A DNA stretch of 63,128 bases, counting the filler, from Octopus bimaculoides (Eukaryota), in NCBI RefSeq assembly GCF_001194135.2. It is 6 parts of 6 records of this genome, joined end to end, with 100 filler letters (N's around TTAATTAATTAA, not from the genome) between each part and the next. Parts side by side here need not be neighbours in the genome. Positions count along the whole stretch, not along the records: positions 18,843 to 38,892 come from NC_069009.1; 5 more parts are not named here. One strand, given 5' to 3'. Positions 22,490 to 34,500 of this stretch are shown one piece after another. How positions within the stretch are numbered: position 1 is the first letter of the stretch; the number at the start of each line of letters is the position of its first letter. The notes under the pieces were generated by a model. That model saw only the letters and a program-made list of their open reading frames with translations, searched no databases and was not told the origin of the DNA. A program made the translations under genes and the position numbers.

Positions 22490-23985
22490 TTATGTCTTCA
22501 ATGTTAAAGTTGAATGATTCTTGTTGCACTCACAGTGCCGATGCGAAACCACGACTGTTAAGTTTGAATTCATCTTTCTTGAGGTCCTTAATTTCGTTGT
22601 TTGGAGTCTTCTTGAAAGTATCCACGCAACGGAGGAGAGAAGGAAATAGTTTGTTGTTCACTTCATCTTGGTGGGCGTAACCCTCACCGAGGCTGATTGA
22701 AAAATTAATTGTGTAGTAAAAATACAAATAAATGAAGGTAGCATTTCTTAACTTCTCTTTTATTTGCGTGTGTTGTATCATATCTATTTCATTGATTCCT
22801 AAGTATTTGTATGTTTGGCTTTGGTCTAATTCTCTTATTTCATTGGCTTTATCTAGTGTGATGTTGCTACTCTTAACTAGTTTTCCTCTTTTCAAGGTTG
22901 CTTTGGCACATTTTTTCTAAACCAAATTTCATATCTATTTCCTTGGTAAAGCCATGTACTGTCTGTAGTAGTGTTTCCAGCTCTTTGTCATTTTTAGCGT
23001 ATAATTTTAGGTCATCCATATATAAGAGGTGGCCGATTGTTTTTCCGTAACATTTGTACCCGAATCCAGTTCTGTTTAGCATGACAGATAAATGTGTCTG
23101 CCGAGCAGAAAAGGAGTGGAGAGAGTGTGTGTCTCCCTGGAATATTTCTCTTCTAATGGTGATGGCATTGGTTTTTATGAGTCCCTCTTGTCTGGAGCTG
23201 TAGCATTGTCTGCCATTTATTCATAGAGTGTCTTATGTATTTTATAATAATTGGTGCTACCTTGTTCATGGCTAGTGTTTCGAGAATCCATGTTTGGGGA
23301 ATACTATCAAAAGTCTTTCGGTAACCAATCCAGGTCGTACTTAGACCTTCCGTCTTTCTACGGCTGACTTCAGTTTTGGCTTTGTTGATCAGTAATTGAT
23401 CTTTACAGCTGTGTGAGCCCTTGCAGCATCCCTTCTGCTCTTCTGCAAACAGGTTGTTTTCGTCCAGATGCTTACTCATTCTCTGTGATATGATTGCAGT
23501 AAACGCTTTGTAAATTGCAGGGAGACAAGTTATTGGTCTGTAATTCTGTGGGTTTGCCATTTCAGTGGATTTGGGATTCAGGATAGTTTTCCCTTCCATG
23601 AGTCATTCAGACATTGTCTCTGGCTCTGCTAGTATTTCATTAAATTTCTCAGCCAGCTTTTTGTGCATTCCTGTCAGGTATTTTAACCAGAAGTTAGGGA
23701 TCTTGTCATGCTTCCAGTCACTTAGTTTTGGCAGTGCCTGATTGACCTCTTCAGTCATTATAGGGGTCCAGTGGTGTTCAGGTGGTGTGTTTGTTGTTTT
23801 GATAGACCTTTTCTGAGGTTGTTCCTTTACTGACCATATTCCTTTCCAAAATTCTTCCTTTACTTTTACTGTTGATTGATCTCTATTTTTTTTTCTGACA
23901 AGTTCTTGGTAGAATCTTTTAGGGTTTGAGTGAAACTTTGTTTTGTTCTCATACCGGTGGATTCTTTGTGCTTTGGTGAGGACAT
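22490..23985 (-). mobile_element. Dong/R4-clade LINE RT fragment
   Basis: NYRPITCLP..EQKGC..DQLLINK..YRKTFDSIP, HLLYMDDLKLYAK, YKYLGI; stops and frameshifts. Confidence 0.85.
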
Positions 23986-23991
23986 CTTGTT

Positions 23992-24800
23992 TTAGCTTTT
24001 CTTTTGCCTCAGGTATACCTTGTTCTGTAATTTTGTATTTGCATAATATTTTTCTACTGACACTCTAATTATATGCCCCTCCCCTACAAACACCCTATCA
24101 GGCAAATTTTCAAGGGTTGCATTGGCCGCTTGAACAACCATTTCTAAGGATTGTCCTCGCCAGTTAACCACTTCCTTTTTCCTCATTTGCAGGATTGTAA
24201 TTTTCTCCTCCACGTCGTACACTACTGCAGCCACCACCCACATTACCTCATACCCTATCGGGATCTCCTCCACTGTCACCTTTGCGGTCCTGCAACCCAA
24301 GTAAGTGGGCAGCAGCATTATCTCTTTGTTCTTCAACGTTTGTGTAGACACCTCCTTGGCTATGCTAGCTGACTCGAAATGTGCCTCAGCTGTGGCACTT
24401 CTTACTCCTCGGCTAACATAGCATACATTGTTCCAGATAGGTGCCATGCACTTTTCCACTGCTTCATTTTTTACCCCCCCCCCCATTCTCTTTTGATGTT
24501 TTAGACCTTGTACAGAACTGTTTTTACATTAATGGCTTGTTATGTCTCAGGGGGCGACACCAACTTTGTCTCCTCTCCAGTTTTTTAAAATTAATTTTCT
24601 AAACTTGAATAGCTGGTCCATTGCTACTTCAAGTTCTCTAACGTTTCCACCCACGGCGGCTGAAAAGCTCTGTTTTTCCTTGGTATCTTGCTGGTTTACA
24701 CTTGCGTTTCCTTTACCCATCTCGGGAAAATCCTTTTTTGACGCAAGATCAAATTCCATATTGAAACTTGTCTATAGTTGCTGGAGATGTTTGCTCCACA
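23992..24800 (-). mobile_element. Second putative ORF1-like remnant
   Basis: Frameshifted ORFs 24547-24759 and 23992-24486; homologous to 22117-22470. Confidence 0.4.
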
Positions 24801-24850
24801 AACTGGTCTGGTTGGAGGCCCCATGACAGGGTTTATGTAGGGTTAGGGTT

Positions 24851-25260
24851 CAGTCTTTGCGTAACCCGTATAGTGTAGGAATGTCGTTGTTGGTAGCTTG
24901 AAAATTGTGTGCTGTCCTTTTTGTATGTTGCACCACATTCCCATGTGTGCGTTGAGGATTTTTTCCACTTTTTCGTGTTCTTGTGGTGTAACTTCTCTCA
25001 TGTTACTGATGCGTTGTTGCATGGTCTGGACATAGTTCTGACGGCTGTCTATTGACCGTCTGCCAGACTTGTCCGTAGGGAGGCACACTAATTCTCTGTT
25101 CCTAATTCGTTGTCTCAGTTTATGTAGGCCTCTGTCAACAGATGAGCTGATTTGGTGGGTCCCCTCCTCACTATGTTTTTTAGTGGATTTGTTGTATCGG
25201 TTTAAGTTATGTCGGAGTCTATTTCTATAATATTCTATAACCAAATCCAAAATCAAAAAA
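24851..25260 (-). mobile_element. Penelope-like element N-terminal fragment (second, diverged copy)
   Basis: LVCLPTDKSGR..EKILNAHMGMW..TNNDIPTLYGLRKD parallels 27560-27880 (PTDKSGRMSVD..VLNACMGMW..NNEIPPLYG). Confidence 0.8.
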
Positions 25261-25269
25261 TTATCATTG

Positions 25270-25545
25270 TCTTTTTCTTTCAATTTTGTTTCCATTTCTT
25301 GCTGAGTGTCTTCCCAACACCTAGGGCAACGAAACTCACTGTTTATATTGGTAGGCCATTAAAATAAACATGCCAGATTGTTCATTTACAAAGTCATGTG
25401 ATAGGCAAAAAAGGGGGAAGACAGACAGAGAGAAAAAGGAAAGAAGGGAAAAAGAAAATAAAGGAAAAAATATTCACAGCATCAATGCTCTTAATATGTG
25501 TGATGTATCAGTTAGGATAATTTTTTGCACTTCCTGTATGGATGG
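25270..25545 (-). mobile_element. Short element ending in an R4-LINE-like 3' terminus
   Basis: gccctaggtgt..gacactcagcaagaaatggaaac end; homologous to 56970-57245. Confidence 0.55.
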
Positions 25546-25777
25546 TATGTTTCTTTATTGCACACAAGGGGCCAACGAAGAAGGGATAATACAAAGACAT
25601 GTGGGGACATAAAACAAGCGGAAAAGCAATATAAAATGTATGATACAAGATGAATGATAAATCCCCTATTTTTCAAAATATCCGGTCCCTATTTTTTAAC
25701 AAGCTCTTCATACTCTATGTCCGTGGTTCTCAACATGTATGTATGAATTTTTACATGTAAATGAGAGAAAGGGGTGG

Positions 25778-28080
25778 TTATAGAGGGGTACTCCCGAGTG
25801 GAATCTGGATGTTACCCCATTCGGATTTACGGCTGAGAGTGGGTTTGTATTCTTGTATACAGATAGCTTCAGTGACTCGTCTCAGCATTGCACCAGTGGG
25901 ATGTGTAGATAAGATGTTTAACTTAAGTCTCCCTAAGGAGCCCTCGTGGCAGTCTACAGCATGCTGATAGAAGATGGAGTTTGGTTTCTTTTCAATGTAG
26001 TTGTCCAGGTGTTCTTTGAACCTATCATTGATGCTCCAAGAAGTCTCACCAATGTATGACCCTCGGATAATCACGCAAGCTCCTTGGCGCTTAATCTGGT
26101 ATACAATGCTCTTCATTTTGCAGTTCACGTGTGGGTTTATAGAACATACTGCACAATTATTTTGACAGATAATTCTATCAAATGGATATGATCTACATAA
26201 TACAGATTTGACAGTCCTACCTATCTTTTCTACAACTTTGATCTTAAGGCCAGTTGCGTGCAGGATTTTCTTGAATGCCTTACTTAATTCGTTCTTAGGT
26301 GTAGCATCAACAAACATTACACTGTGAAACTTCTTCTTATTATACCAAGTAGTGTTCTTATTTCTTTTGTTGGTGTATCTCTCCAATTTATTCCAGAACT
26401 TGATGCGGTATAGTGGGCACATACCATTTTCGTCATCTCTTAGAATGCATTCGAATCTTGTTTTCATTCTTTTGTACACTCTGATTCTATCATACTGTGT
26501 GTAACTGGAACGTTGCATTTGGAATATGTTGTGTTGGAGGTATTGTTGTTCTTGTGGTTGGCATAGTGGGGATATGTTCCTCATCTCTCTATGTCTGCCA
26601 CGAGGATGTTGAGTTACCAGTGGATTAGCCATCAATTATAGTATTTTCTATCCATAGCACAGTATCTAGGGCGGGTAATCTATTACTGGAGTGTTTTGAG
26701 GGGTAGTCTACGGTAACCTTTATACTGCTATGGATAGAGTCAGCTATGTGTTGTATAGCTGTCATCACCTGTTCCTCATTTAGTGGAGTGTTCATATCTG
26801 TCTGTGTATCTGTGTTATTATTACATTTCACAAGGTTAATGTCGTCAACATATCGAGAGTACATAGCTAAGTGGATGTTACGGGTTGCTAAGCACTGTTT
26901 AAAATGTCTGTCCCACCATACCATGAAGAAGTTAGCAACATCACCGGCGATCCCTACTCCAATAGCACCGCCTTTCTCTTGTTTATATAGTTTGTTGTTG
27001 AACTTAAAAATATGATTTTTAAGTGTGGTTTTAAGGCTTACACCAATAGCGTGTGCTACAGTAATTCTGATGTCGTGTGCATCTGAGGGTGGGTGGTTTG
27101 GTTTCGTCCAGTCATGCCAGCGTTCACAGCGGGTCTTTTTGTATGCTGAGGTAATGGTAGGTGGTCTACCTCGTTTGTTGCGGGTGGGACAAGCATACGC
27201 AAGGTTATTCCGTAACAGATATTCATCGGTACCAGTCAGGGTCAGGAAGAGGCCTAGTTCATATACGTCCACATTTTTAAATATCATATTACTCTCACAA
27301 ATTATCTCTATACATTTGTCGATGGCAAAGTCTACATCAATGGAAGGATATAGTGATACCACATCCATGCTACCTACAATGTGGTCACTGAGGTAACATG
27401 TGTTGTTGCATTCGCGGATCCTGCTAAGGGGGTCTTCAGTACTATCACACACATCTGCAGATAACTCTATTAAGGGTCGTAGGAATTGTGAGAGAAAATA
27501 CAATATTTTGTGGTTGTTAGCATTGTTGGCACCACAAACTGGTCGGGTAGGTGGCCCAAGTACATGATCCGTGTGGCTCTTATGATCCTCTCAAAGGCCA
27601 TATAGGGGTGGGATTTCATTGTTGGTGGTTATGAAATTGCTGTATGTTTCTCAGACTGGAGAATGATACTCCACATCCCCATGCATGCATTCAGGACTTT
27701 TTCATTTTCAGTGTATTCGAGTGTTGTTTCTTTCGTGTCCCTGATGTGTGGTTGCATTCTCGAAATATAATCTTATTTCTTTATTCTCTACTCTATTTCT
27801 TTATTTACTCGAAATATAATTTCATAGGTTGTCAACAGACATTCTACCTGATTTGTCAGTCGGGAAGCATAGTTGCCGAACCTGTGTTACAGTCTGCTGA
27901 AAAAAATTTGTTCCTTTGTGCATGAAGTCTGTATGCTTCAAAGAAGGTTTTCCTACAAATCTTACAGTGATATTCTGTAACATTTCTGCATAATGCTCTT
28001 TGTTTAGTAAATGCTTCACTGCATAAAGGTTTCTCTCTGATGTTTGTGTAGTTTCTAGTGAAAGGAATCCAATTTCTTAT
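25778..28080 (-). pseudogene. Penelope-like retroelement (RT + C-terminal GIY-YIG, Cys-rich linker; Neptune/Nematis-like), disrupted
   Basis: TDKSG, MDVVSLYPSI, KQEKGGAIG, YSRYVDD, C..C..C linker, IVYQI..YIGETS..RFKEH, EAICI; frameshifts and stops. Confidence 0.9.
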
Positions 28081-28089
28081 CCTACACAT

Positions 28090-28730
28090 CTAAGCTTTGC
28101 AACGTCCGTCTACAGATTGCAAATCAGATGTCCAGTCCAATATCCCAAATGTTGGCACTACCACCCAAACTGCAAAAGCATTGTGAGATATCCTTCTTGA
28201 TTTTTGTGTAAATTTATCTGAGTCTAATGCATCTAAAATGATGGATACAATTGAGAATTTATTGTCAGGGTACAAGAGCTGTAAGTTCCACATTAATTCA
28301 CCCGAAATGTTTTCATCTTCCTGTACTTTCGATTGTACATTCACATCCACTGGAAAGCTGGCCTCTACAACAATACATTACTTTTCTTCCCTGTTCCGTA
28401 GAATAATATCCGGTTTTATGTTTGCACCGAATGGATCTTTTTATTGGGATGTTCCACCAGTATTCCTTGATTTTAAAGGTGTGAATACCTGCTGGTTCTT
28501 ACATGCTTTTGATGTATACATCTCGGTAGTCCTTCTTGTGGATAACATCGTAAATAATCATTTGCAATTATATCATACCTCAGGGGCAGCTAGTATCTTA
28601 TAGACATTTTGGGGCTCTACTGCTGATGTCGGTGATATCATCCACACTGGTATAGCAGAGCTTTATTGTTTTGTATCACATCATGGAAGTTTGGTGGTAT
28701 CTTTGTCTCCTTTTTTTATCAGGTATTTAA
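28090..28730 (-). mobile_element. Dong/R4-type REL endonuclease fragment
   Basis: WWNIPIK..PDIIL..VEASFPVDVNV..IVSIILDAL. Confidence 0.7.
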
Positions 28731-28744
28731 TAGCTATCTCCTGT

Positions 28745-29090
28745 TCCAGGATAGTAAAGTCATATCCTTTTAGGGCAGCACTACCTCCTCCAGACACTTG
28801 ATATAGGCCTCCGTGTTGAGTCTGAGTTCATGTGGTGAGATGAATGGAGGCATAACGTCACCCTCACTAGCGATCACTCCCAACACCATGATGTTGACTG
28901 GATGTTTTTCTCCCGTTGCATGTTCTGGGGACACGGCAAGCCGACGGTTGTTCTGTGTGTCCAAGGCTACTCTTGCTGTCAATGCTGTTATTATCCTCCA
29001 GCTATGGGATATGTAGCCTTGCATTAATCTTTGCTGGTATGATACCTGCTTCTGTTTAGATAGGCCAATCCAGCCTCTTTTCAATCACAT
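28745..29090 (-). mobile_element. Tc1/maT-like transposase fragment
   Basis: KHPVNIMVLGVIASEGDVMPPF..LNTEAYIKCLEEVVLP. Confidence 0.75.
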
Positions 29091-29223
29091 GAGACAGTTG
29101 TATTTTCAATGTACCTGCTCAGTAGTTCTCCATCTCTGAAGATGATGTTGCTCTCACTTTTGAGTATGCATAGAATGTACTCATTTTTCTCCTTTACTAT
29201 TCAGCAGTTGTTGCCTGAGTAAT

Positions 29224-29616
29224 GTGGAGGCGCAATGGCCCAGTGGTTAGGGCAGCGGAGTGGCGGTCATAACATCGCAGTTTCGATTCCCAGACCCCGG
29301 TTGTTGCGAGTGTTTATTGAGCGAAAACACCTAAAGCTCCACGAGGCTCCGGCAGGGGATGGTGGCGAACCCTGCTGTACTCTTTCACCACAACTTTCTC
29401 TCACTCTTACTTCCTGTTTCTGTTGTGCCTGTAATTCAAAGGGGTCAGCCTTGTCACACTGTGTCACGCTGAATATCCCTGAGAACTACGTTAAGGGTAC
29501 ACGTGTCTGTGGAGTGCTCAGCCACTTGCACGTTAATTTCACGAGCAGGCTGTTCCGTTGATCGGATCAACTGGAACACTCGACGTCGTGAGCGACAGAG
29601 TGCCAACAAACAACAA
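29224..29616 (+). mobile_element. Full-length tRNA-derived SINE (family E) with TSD
   Basis: A box TGGCCCAGTGG, B box GTTTCGATTCC, (CAA)n tail; TSD TGCCTGAGTAAT at 29212-29223 and 29617-29628. Confidence 0.9.
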
Positions 29617-29639
29617 TGCCTGAGTAATACACTGTGACA

Positions 29640-30340
29640 TTCAAAGGCTGTTTGGACTGACCTTATGCTTCTATACCATTACTTCGTCTCTCACAAATCT
29701 TATCAGTGTAATTGTTAATGTGGAAGTTGCCAGTGGTGGTCAGTCCCTTTCTAGTTTTGATGTCCAGGCAGTGGCTCTCGTCAGGTGTCCAGTCCAATAT
29801 TCCAAATGTTACTAGCACTTACACTCCAAAAGCATTGTGAAACATGGTCTTGTTAAATACAGACAGCTCTGAGTTCCATATTTTCCAGAGCTTATAGAAG
29901 TACTCTCTTGTTATTCTGACTTTAGTCACAGTTCCAATGTATGCAATATTCTCATCGCTTCCAAGGTACTTGTAGCTTTCATCATTAATGATAGGGGAGA
30001 TATGAACAGGCCATCGATGTACATGTTCTCTGCCTGGTCAACAATTTTTCCTTGGTTGACTATCATGTACGAGCATTTATCTTGCCCGAACTAGATTCCT
30101 ACGTCTCCTGAGATTGTCGTGACTAATTTCAATCGTCTCTTAATGTTGTTGATGCTATCAGAATATACCTTAAGGTCAACAAAAAAATGTAAGAGCGACA
30201 TTAATTCTATTCTTGCCTGCACATCTCAGCATGTAACCAGGGCTGATAAGGGATTCATTGCCAGTACAAACAACATTACCAATACTAGCAGAAAGACTGC
30301 CCTCTGGTCAGTTTTCTGCTGGCCACTTGATAATAGTTTT
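29640..30340 (-). mobile_element. Dong/R4 RT fragment (probably continuous with 28090-28730)
   Basis: VDLKVYS..FGQDKCS..ESYKYLG..FGILDWT. Confidence 0.7.
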
Positions 30341-31476
30341 CACATGATATTTTACATCTAATTATTCGTATAATAGTGCTCAGTTGGTTTTGGGATTTGG
30401 TTTGCAAGATTCTTTATGTGAGTTCATGTGTTGAAGCATATTCTGTTGTGTCTGGGGGAGAGTCATTCTCTTTTGATATCTTATAATTTAACACACTCAC
30501 CAGTAAAGTTTCCACTTATTTCTTTTTTATTTTTCTAAAATTTTCGTTGTGTCTTGCAACCTTTTCAATAGTTTTGACTCTGTTCATTATTAACACTGCG
30601 TTCTTTTTGTTTGTTTGTGCGCATGTGTGTGGGTCTGTGTGTGCATACACATGCATGTATGTATGCAATCATGTGTGTACATTTATATGTATGTATTTTG
30701 CATATTCGTGTATTTGCATGTCTGTGTTTGTGTTTTTATGTATGTGTGTGTGTACCTCTGTCTTCTTGTGTGCATGTCTGATTGTGTTTGTGTGTGTGTG
30801 TTTTGCAACTATATACCGTGTTTGTATGTATGGACGTGTGTCTCCACATGTGTCCTTGTGTGAAGTAAAGTGTGTGTGTATATATAGTCGTGTTTCAGTC
30901 TCCATTTGTGTAAGTGTGTTTGTCTGTTCATATAACCTATGTACCTATCTGTCGGTATGTTCTGTTTATTTTCATATCCATATGCTTGTGGAGAGCAAGC
31001 AATAAAATCAGGCATTGAGGATATTTATTGAAGATAATTTATTCTTTGTAATATGCTACCTGGTATGTAAGGCTTACAGAATCAGTGTGTGTGAATACAT
31101 TATTAAATGATACCTACTGTGAGACAGGCATCGCAAACCATATGTGGGGCACTAAAACAAAGAGAGACAGCTAGCAGTCCGAGCTGTTGACAGCTGGCAA
31201 GATGACTACCGAAAGAGTGCCAGTTTATATAAAGCTTTACATATTTTTCACCAAACTTTTTATAGTTTACTTTTTCTCTAGCAGCCATCTCCAGAACCCT
31301 CGGATTCCTGTAAGCACGATCTGATGCATCAGTCTCATCACCCATAGTTTCCTGTTGGGAAGAGGCCTTTGCTGTACTGTTTTATGATCAAATGACCCAC
31401 TGTTTAATTACTGCAGCAATCTTGTTGTTTCTTTGCGTTTATTCAAAGAAGATCTTTTTTTTTTTTTTTTACTCTT

Positions 31477-31866
31477 GCAGGAGTGGCTGTGTGGTAAGTA
31501 GCTCGCTTACCGACCACATGGTTCTGGGTTCAGTACCGCTGCGTGGCACCTTGGGCAAGTGTCTTCTACTATAGCCTCAGGCTGATAAAAGCCCTGTGAG
31601 TGAATTTGGTAGACTGAAACTGAAAGAAGCCCGTCGTATATATATATGTGTGTTTGTGTGTCTGTGTTTGTCCCCCCAACATCGCTTGACGACTGATGCT
31701 GATGCTGGTGTGTTTACGTCTCCGTAACTTAGCGGTTCGGCAAAGAGACCGATAGAATAAGTACTAGGCTTCCAAAGAATAAGTCCTGGGGTCGATCTGC
31801 TCGCCTAAAGGCGGTGCTCCAGCATGGCCACAGTCACATGACTGAAACAAGTAAAAGAGTAAAAAG
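31477..31866 (+). mobile_element. SINE family B, full length
   Basis: gcaggagtggctgtgtggtaag..gggttcagtacc..ggcaccttgggcaagtgtc; tail gactgaaacaagtaaaagagtaaaaaga. Confidence 0.9.
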
Positions 31867-32106
31867 ANNNNNNNNNNNNNNNNNNNNNNNNNNNNNNNNN
31901 NNNNNNNNNNNNNNNNNNNNNNNNNNNNNNNNNNNNNNNNNNNNNNNNNNNNNNNNNNNNNNNNNNNNNNNNNNNNNNNNNNNNNNNNNNNNNNNNNNNN
32001 NNNNNNNNNNNNNNNNNNNNNNNNNNNNNNNNNNNNNNNNNNNNNNNNNNNNNNNNNNNNNNNNNNNNNNNNNNNNNNNNNNNNNNNNNNNNNNNNNNNN
32101 NNNNNN

Positions 32107-32412
32107 AGTTTCTTTCTGCTGAACCACTAAGTTATGGGGATGTAAACATACCAATACCAGTTGTCAAGCGGTGGTGGGGGACCAAAACAGGCACAAAGAC
32201 ACACATCTATCTATGTGTATGTGTATGCGTGCGTGTGTGTGTGTGTGTGTGTGTGTGTACTCTTTTACTTGTTTCAGTCATTTGACTGGCCATGCTGGAG
32301 CACTGCCTGGGGGTCGAGCTAATCGACCCCAGGACTTATTCTTTGTAAGCTTAGTACTTATTCTATTGGTCTCTTTTGCTGAACTGCTAAGTTACGGGGA
32401 CGTAAACGCACC
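32107..32412 (-). mobile_element. Two SINE family B tail fragments
   Basis: Reverse-complement tail segments; another at 33160-33310. Confidence 0.7.
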
Positions 32413-32692
32413 AGCATTTTTTGCTTTTAAAGCTTCATTGCCTTCTCTAATTAACTCTAACCCGCAACCAATCCTTGTAATTAACAAAAAGAAAAACATT
32501 TTTTTTTTATCATTCTTTTTTGTTGTTTGTCAAATAAGGAATTTTTTCATTTTTCCTGTCTTTGAAAACAGAGCTGTCAAGTCATCTGTTGGCAGGATTT
32601 TGTCAACAAACAACACCATTTTTTTTAGCACTGACCTTCTGTATGTCTGTCTCTCTCTAATACATACACATATGTATACATGAACGTGTGTG

Positions 32693-32729
<37 letters not shown>

Positions 32730-33427
32730 CAACATAAATAATATATAAATATATGCATATATCCATACATATATGTACATACCTACATCTATATGTATAC
32801 ATACATGCATATATGAGTACAGGACATCACAAAAAAACGTTAAACACAATGAGAAACGAAAACATAAAGACGAGGACAGAAAACGAACTTTTTATACATA
32901 CATACACATACACATATGTATGATCTATGTATTATCATTATCATCGTTAAACGTCCGCTTTCCATGCTAGCATGAGGTAATGTTTATGAAGTTATCCAAT
33001 CCTGGAATATTTATAGAAATTCTCCTACGGAGATTCCTGTAAACACTTTCTGATGATGTTTTTTGTTTCAATAAATATATTCTGTTGAAACTCTGCTTGT
33101 TGTGCTTTCCATATTTTCAAACCTTCATTGTTCTTTTGTTGTATGATTTGCTTGTTTAGGTCATGGGGTTACGGCCAAGCTGGGGCACTGCCTTGATGAG
33201 TTGTGTGGTACTTATTTTAACAGTCTCTTTTGCTGAACTGCCAAGTTATGGCAGCGTAAACAAACCAGGGCCAACTGTCAAGCAGTAGATGGGTGGACAA
33301 ATGCAGACACAAATATAGACACACTCACTGATACATATATATATATATATGTGTGTGTGTGTGTATACATATGTGTATGTGTGTGTGTGTGTGATCATCT
33401 TCATCATCGTTTAATGTCCGCTTTCCA

Positions 33428-33722
33428 TGGAATTATAATAGAAGACTAACTCTAACTTTACCTTTCATCCTTGTGGGGTTGATGAAATAAAAGTGAAATA
33501 CTGGGGTAGATTTAATATTTCTATTAAATATCCCAGATGTGAATGGAATTAAAATAGAAGGCTAACTCTAACTTTACCTTTTGTCCTTTTGGGGTTGATA
33601 AAATAAAGTAGCAGTGAAATACTGGGGTAGATTTGATATTTCTATAAAACTTCCTAGATGTGAATGGAATTATTATAGAAGACTAACACTAACTTTATGT
33701 TTCATCTATTTGGGGGTTAAAG
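33428..33722 (+). repeat. ~2.5-unit minisatellite (~116-122 bp) built from a SINE core
   Basis: Units start ggaatta.aatagaag.ctaactctaactttacc at ~33428, 33544, 33666; contain ctttcatcc..ggggttgat..aaata..ctggggt like family D. Confidence 0.75.
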
Positions 33723-33776
33723 AAAAAGGTCCATTTAATATTCCTATAACAACAACTGCCAGGAAATATCAACAAA

Positions 33777-34180
33777 GCAGGAGTGGCTGTGTGGTAAGTA
33801 GCTTGCTTATCAACCACATGGTTCCGGGTTCATTCCCACTGTGTGGCACCTTGGGCAAGTGTCTTCTGCTATAGCCTCGGGCTGACCAAAGCCTTGTGAG
33901 TGGATGTGGTAGACGGAAACTGAAAGAAGCCTGTCGTATATATGTATATATATGTATGTGCGTGTATATGTTTGTGTGTCTGTGTTTGTCCCCCCCAACA
34001 TCGCTTGACAACCGATGCTGGTGTGTTTATGTCCCCGTAACTTAGTGGTTTGGCAAAAGTGGGATTGATAGAATAAGTACTAGGCTTCCAAAGAATAAGT
34101 TCTGGGGTCGATTTGCTCGACTAAAGGCGGTGCTCCAGCATGGCCACAGTCAAATGACTGAAACATGTAAAAGAGTAAAG
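33777..34180 (+). mobile_element. SINE family B, full length
   Basis: Colinear with 31477-31866. Confidence 0.9.
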
Positions 34181-34500
34181 CATTTACAGTGTTACAAAAT
34201 GGTTTATTAAAATAATTAACAGTTGGGAAAATTTTTTTGTTTTTCTTCACCACCCCCATCTTCATCATTGTCATCATCATCATCATCATCATTATTATCG
34301 TTATTACACTGCTACGATGACAGTGACGACGACCAACATCACCAACACCACTAATATTACCACCATCTCCACCACCACCACCACCAGCTCCTGCAGTGTA
34401 GCAGCATCACCACCACCACCACCAACATCAGCATCAGACATAGCGTTCATCACCATGGCAACATCTCTCCCGCTCTCAATGTCAGCATCCACAAGTCTTA

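Noticed and set aside
25640-25770. Possible hammerhead after the Penelope GIY-YIG stop
   Set aside because: Only aTGAAGAG..GACCGG..tGAAA fragments; stems cannot be formed
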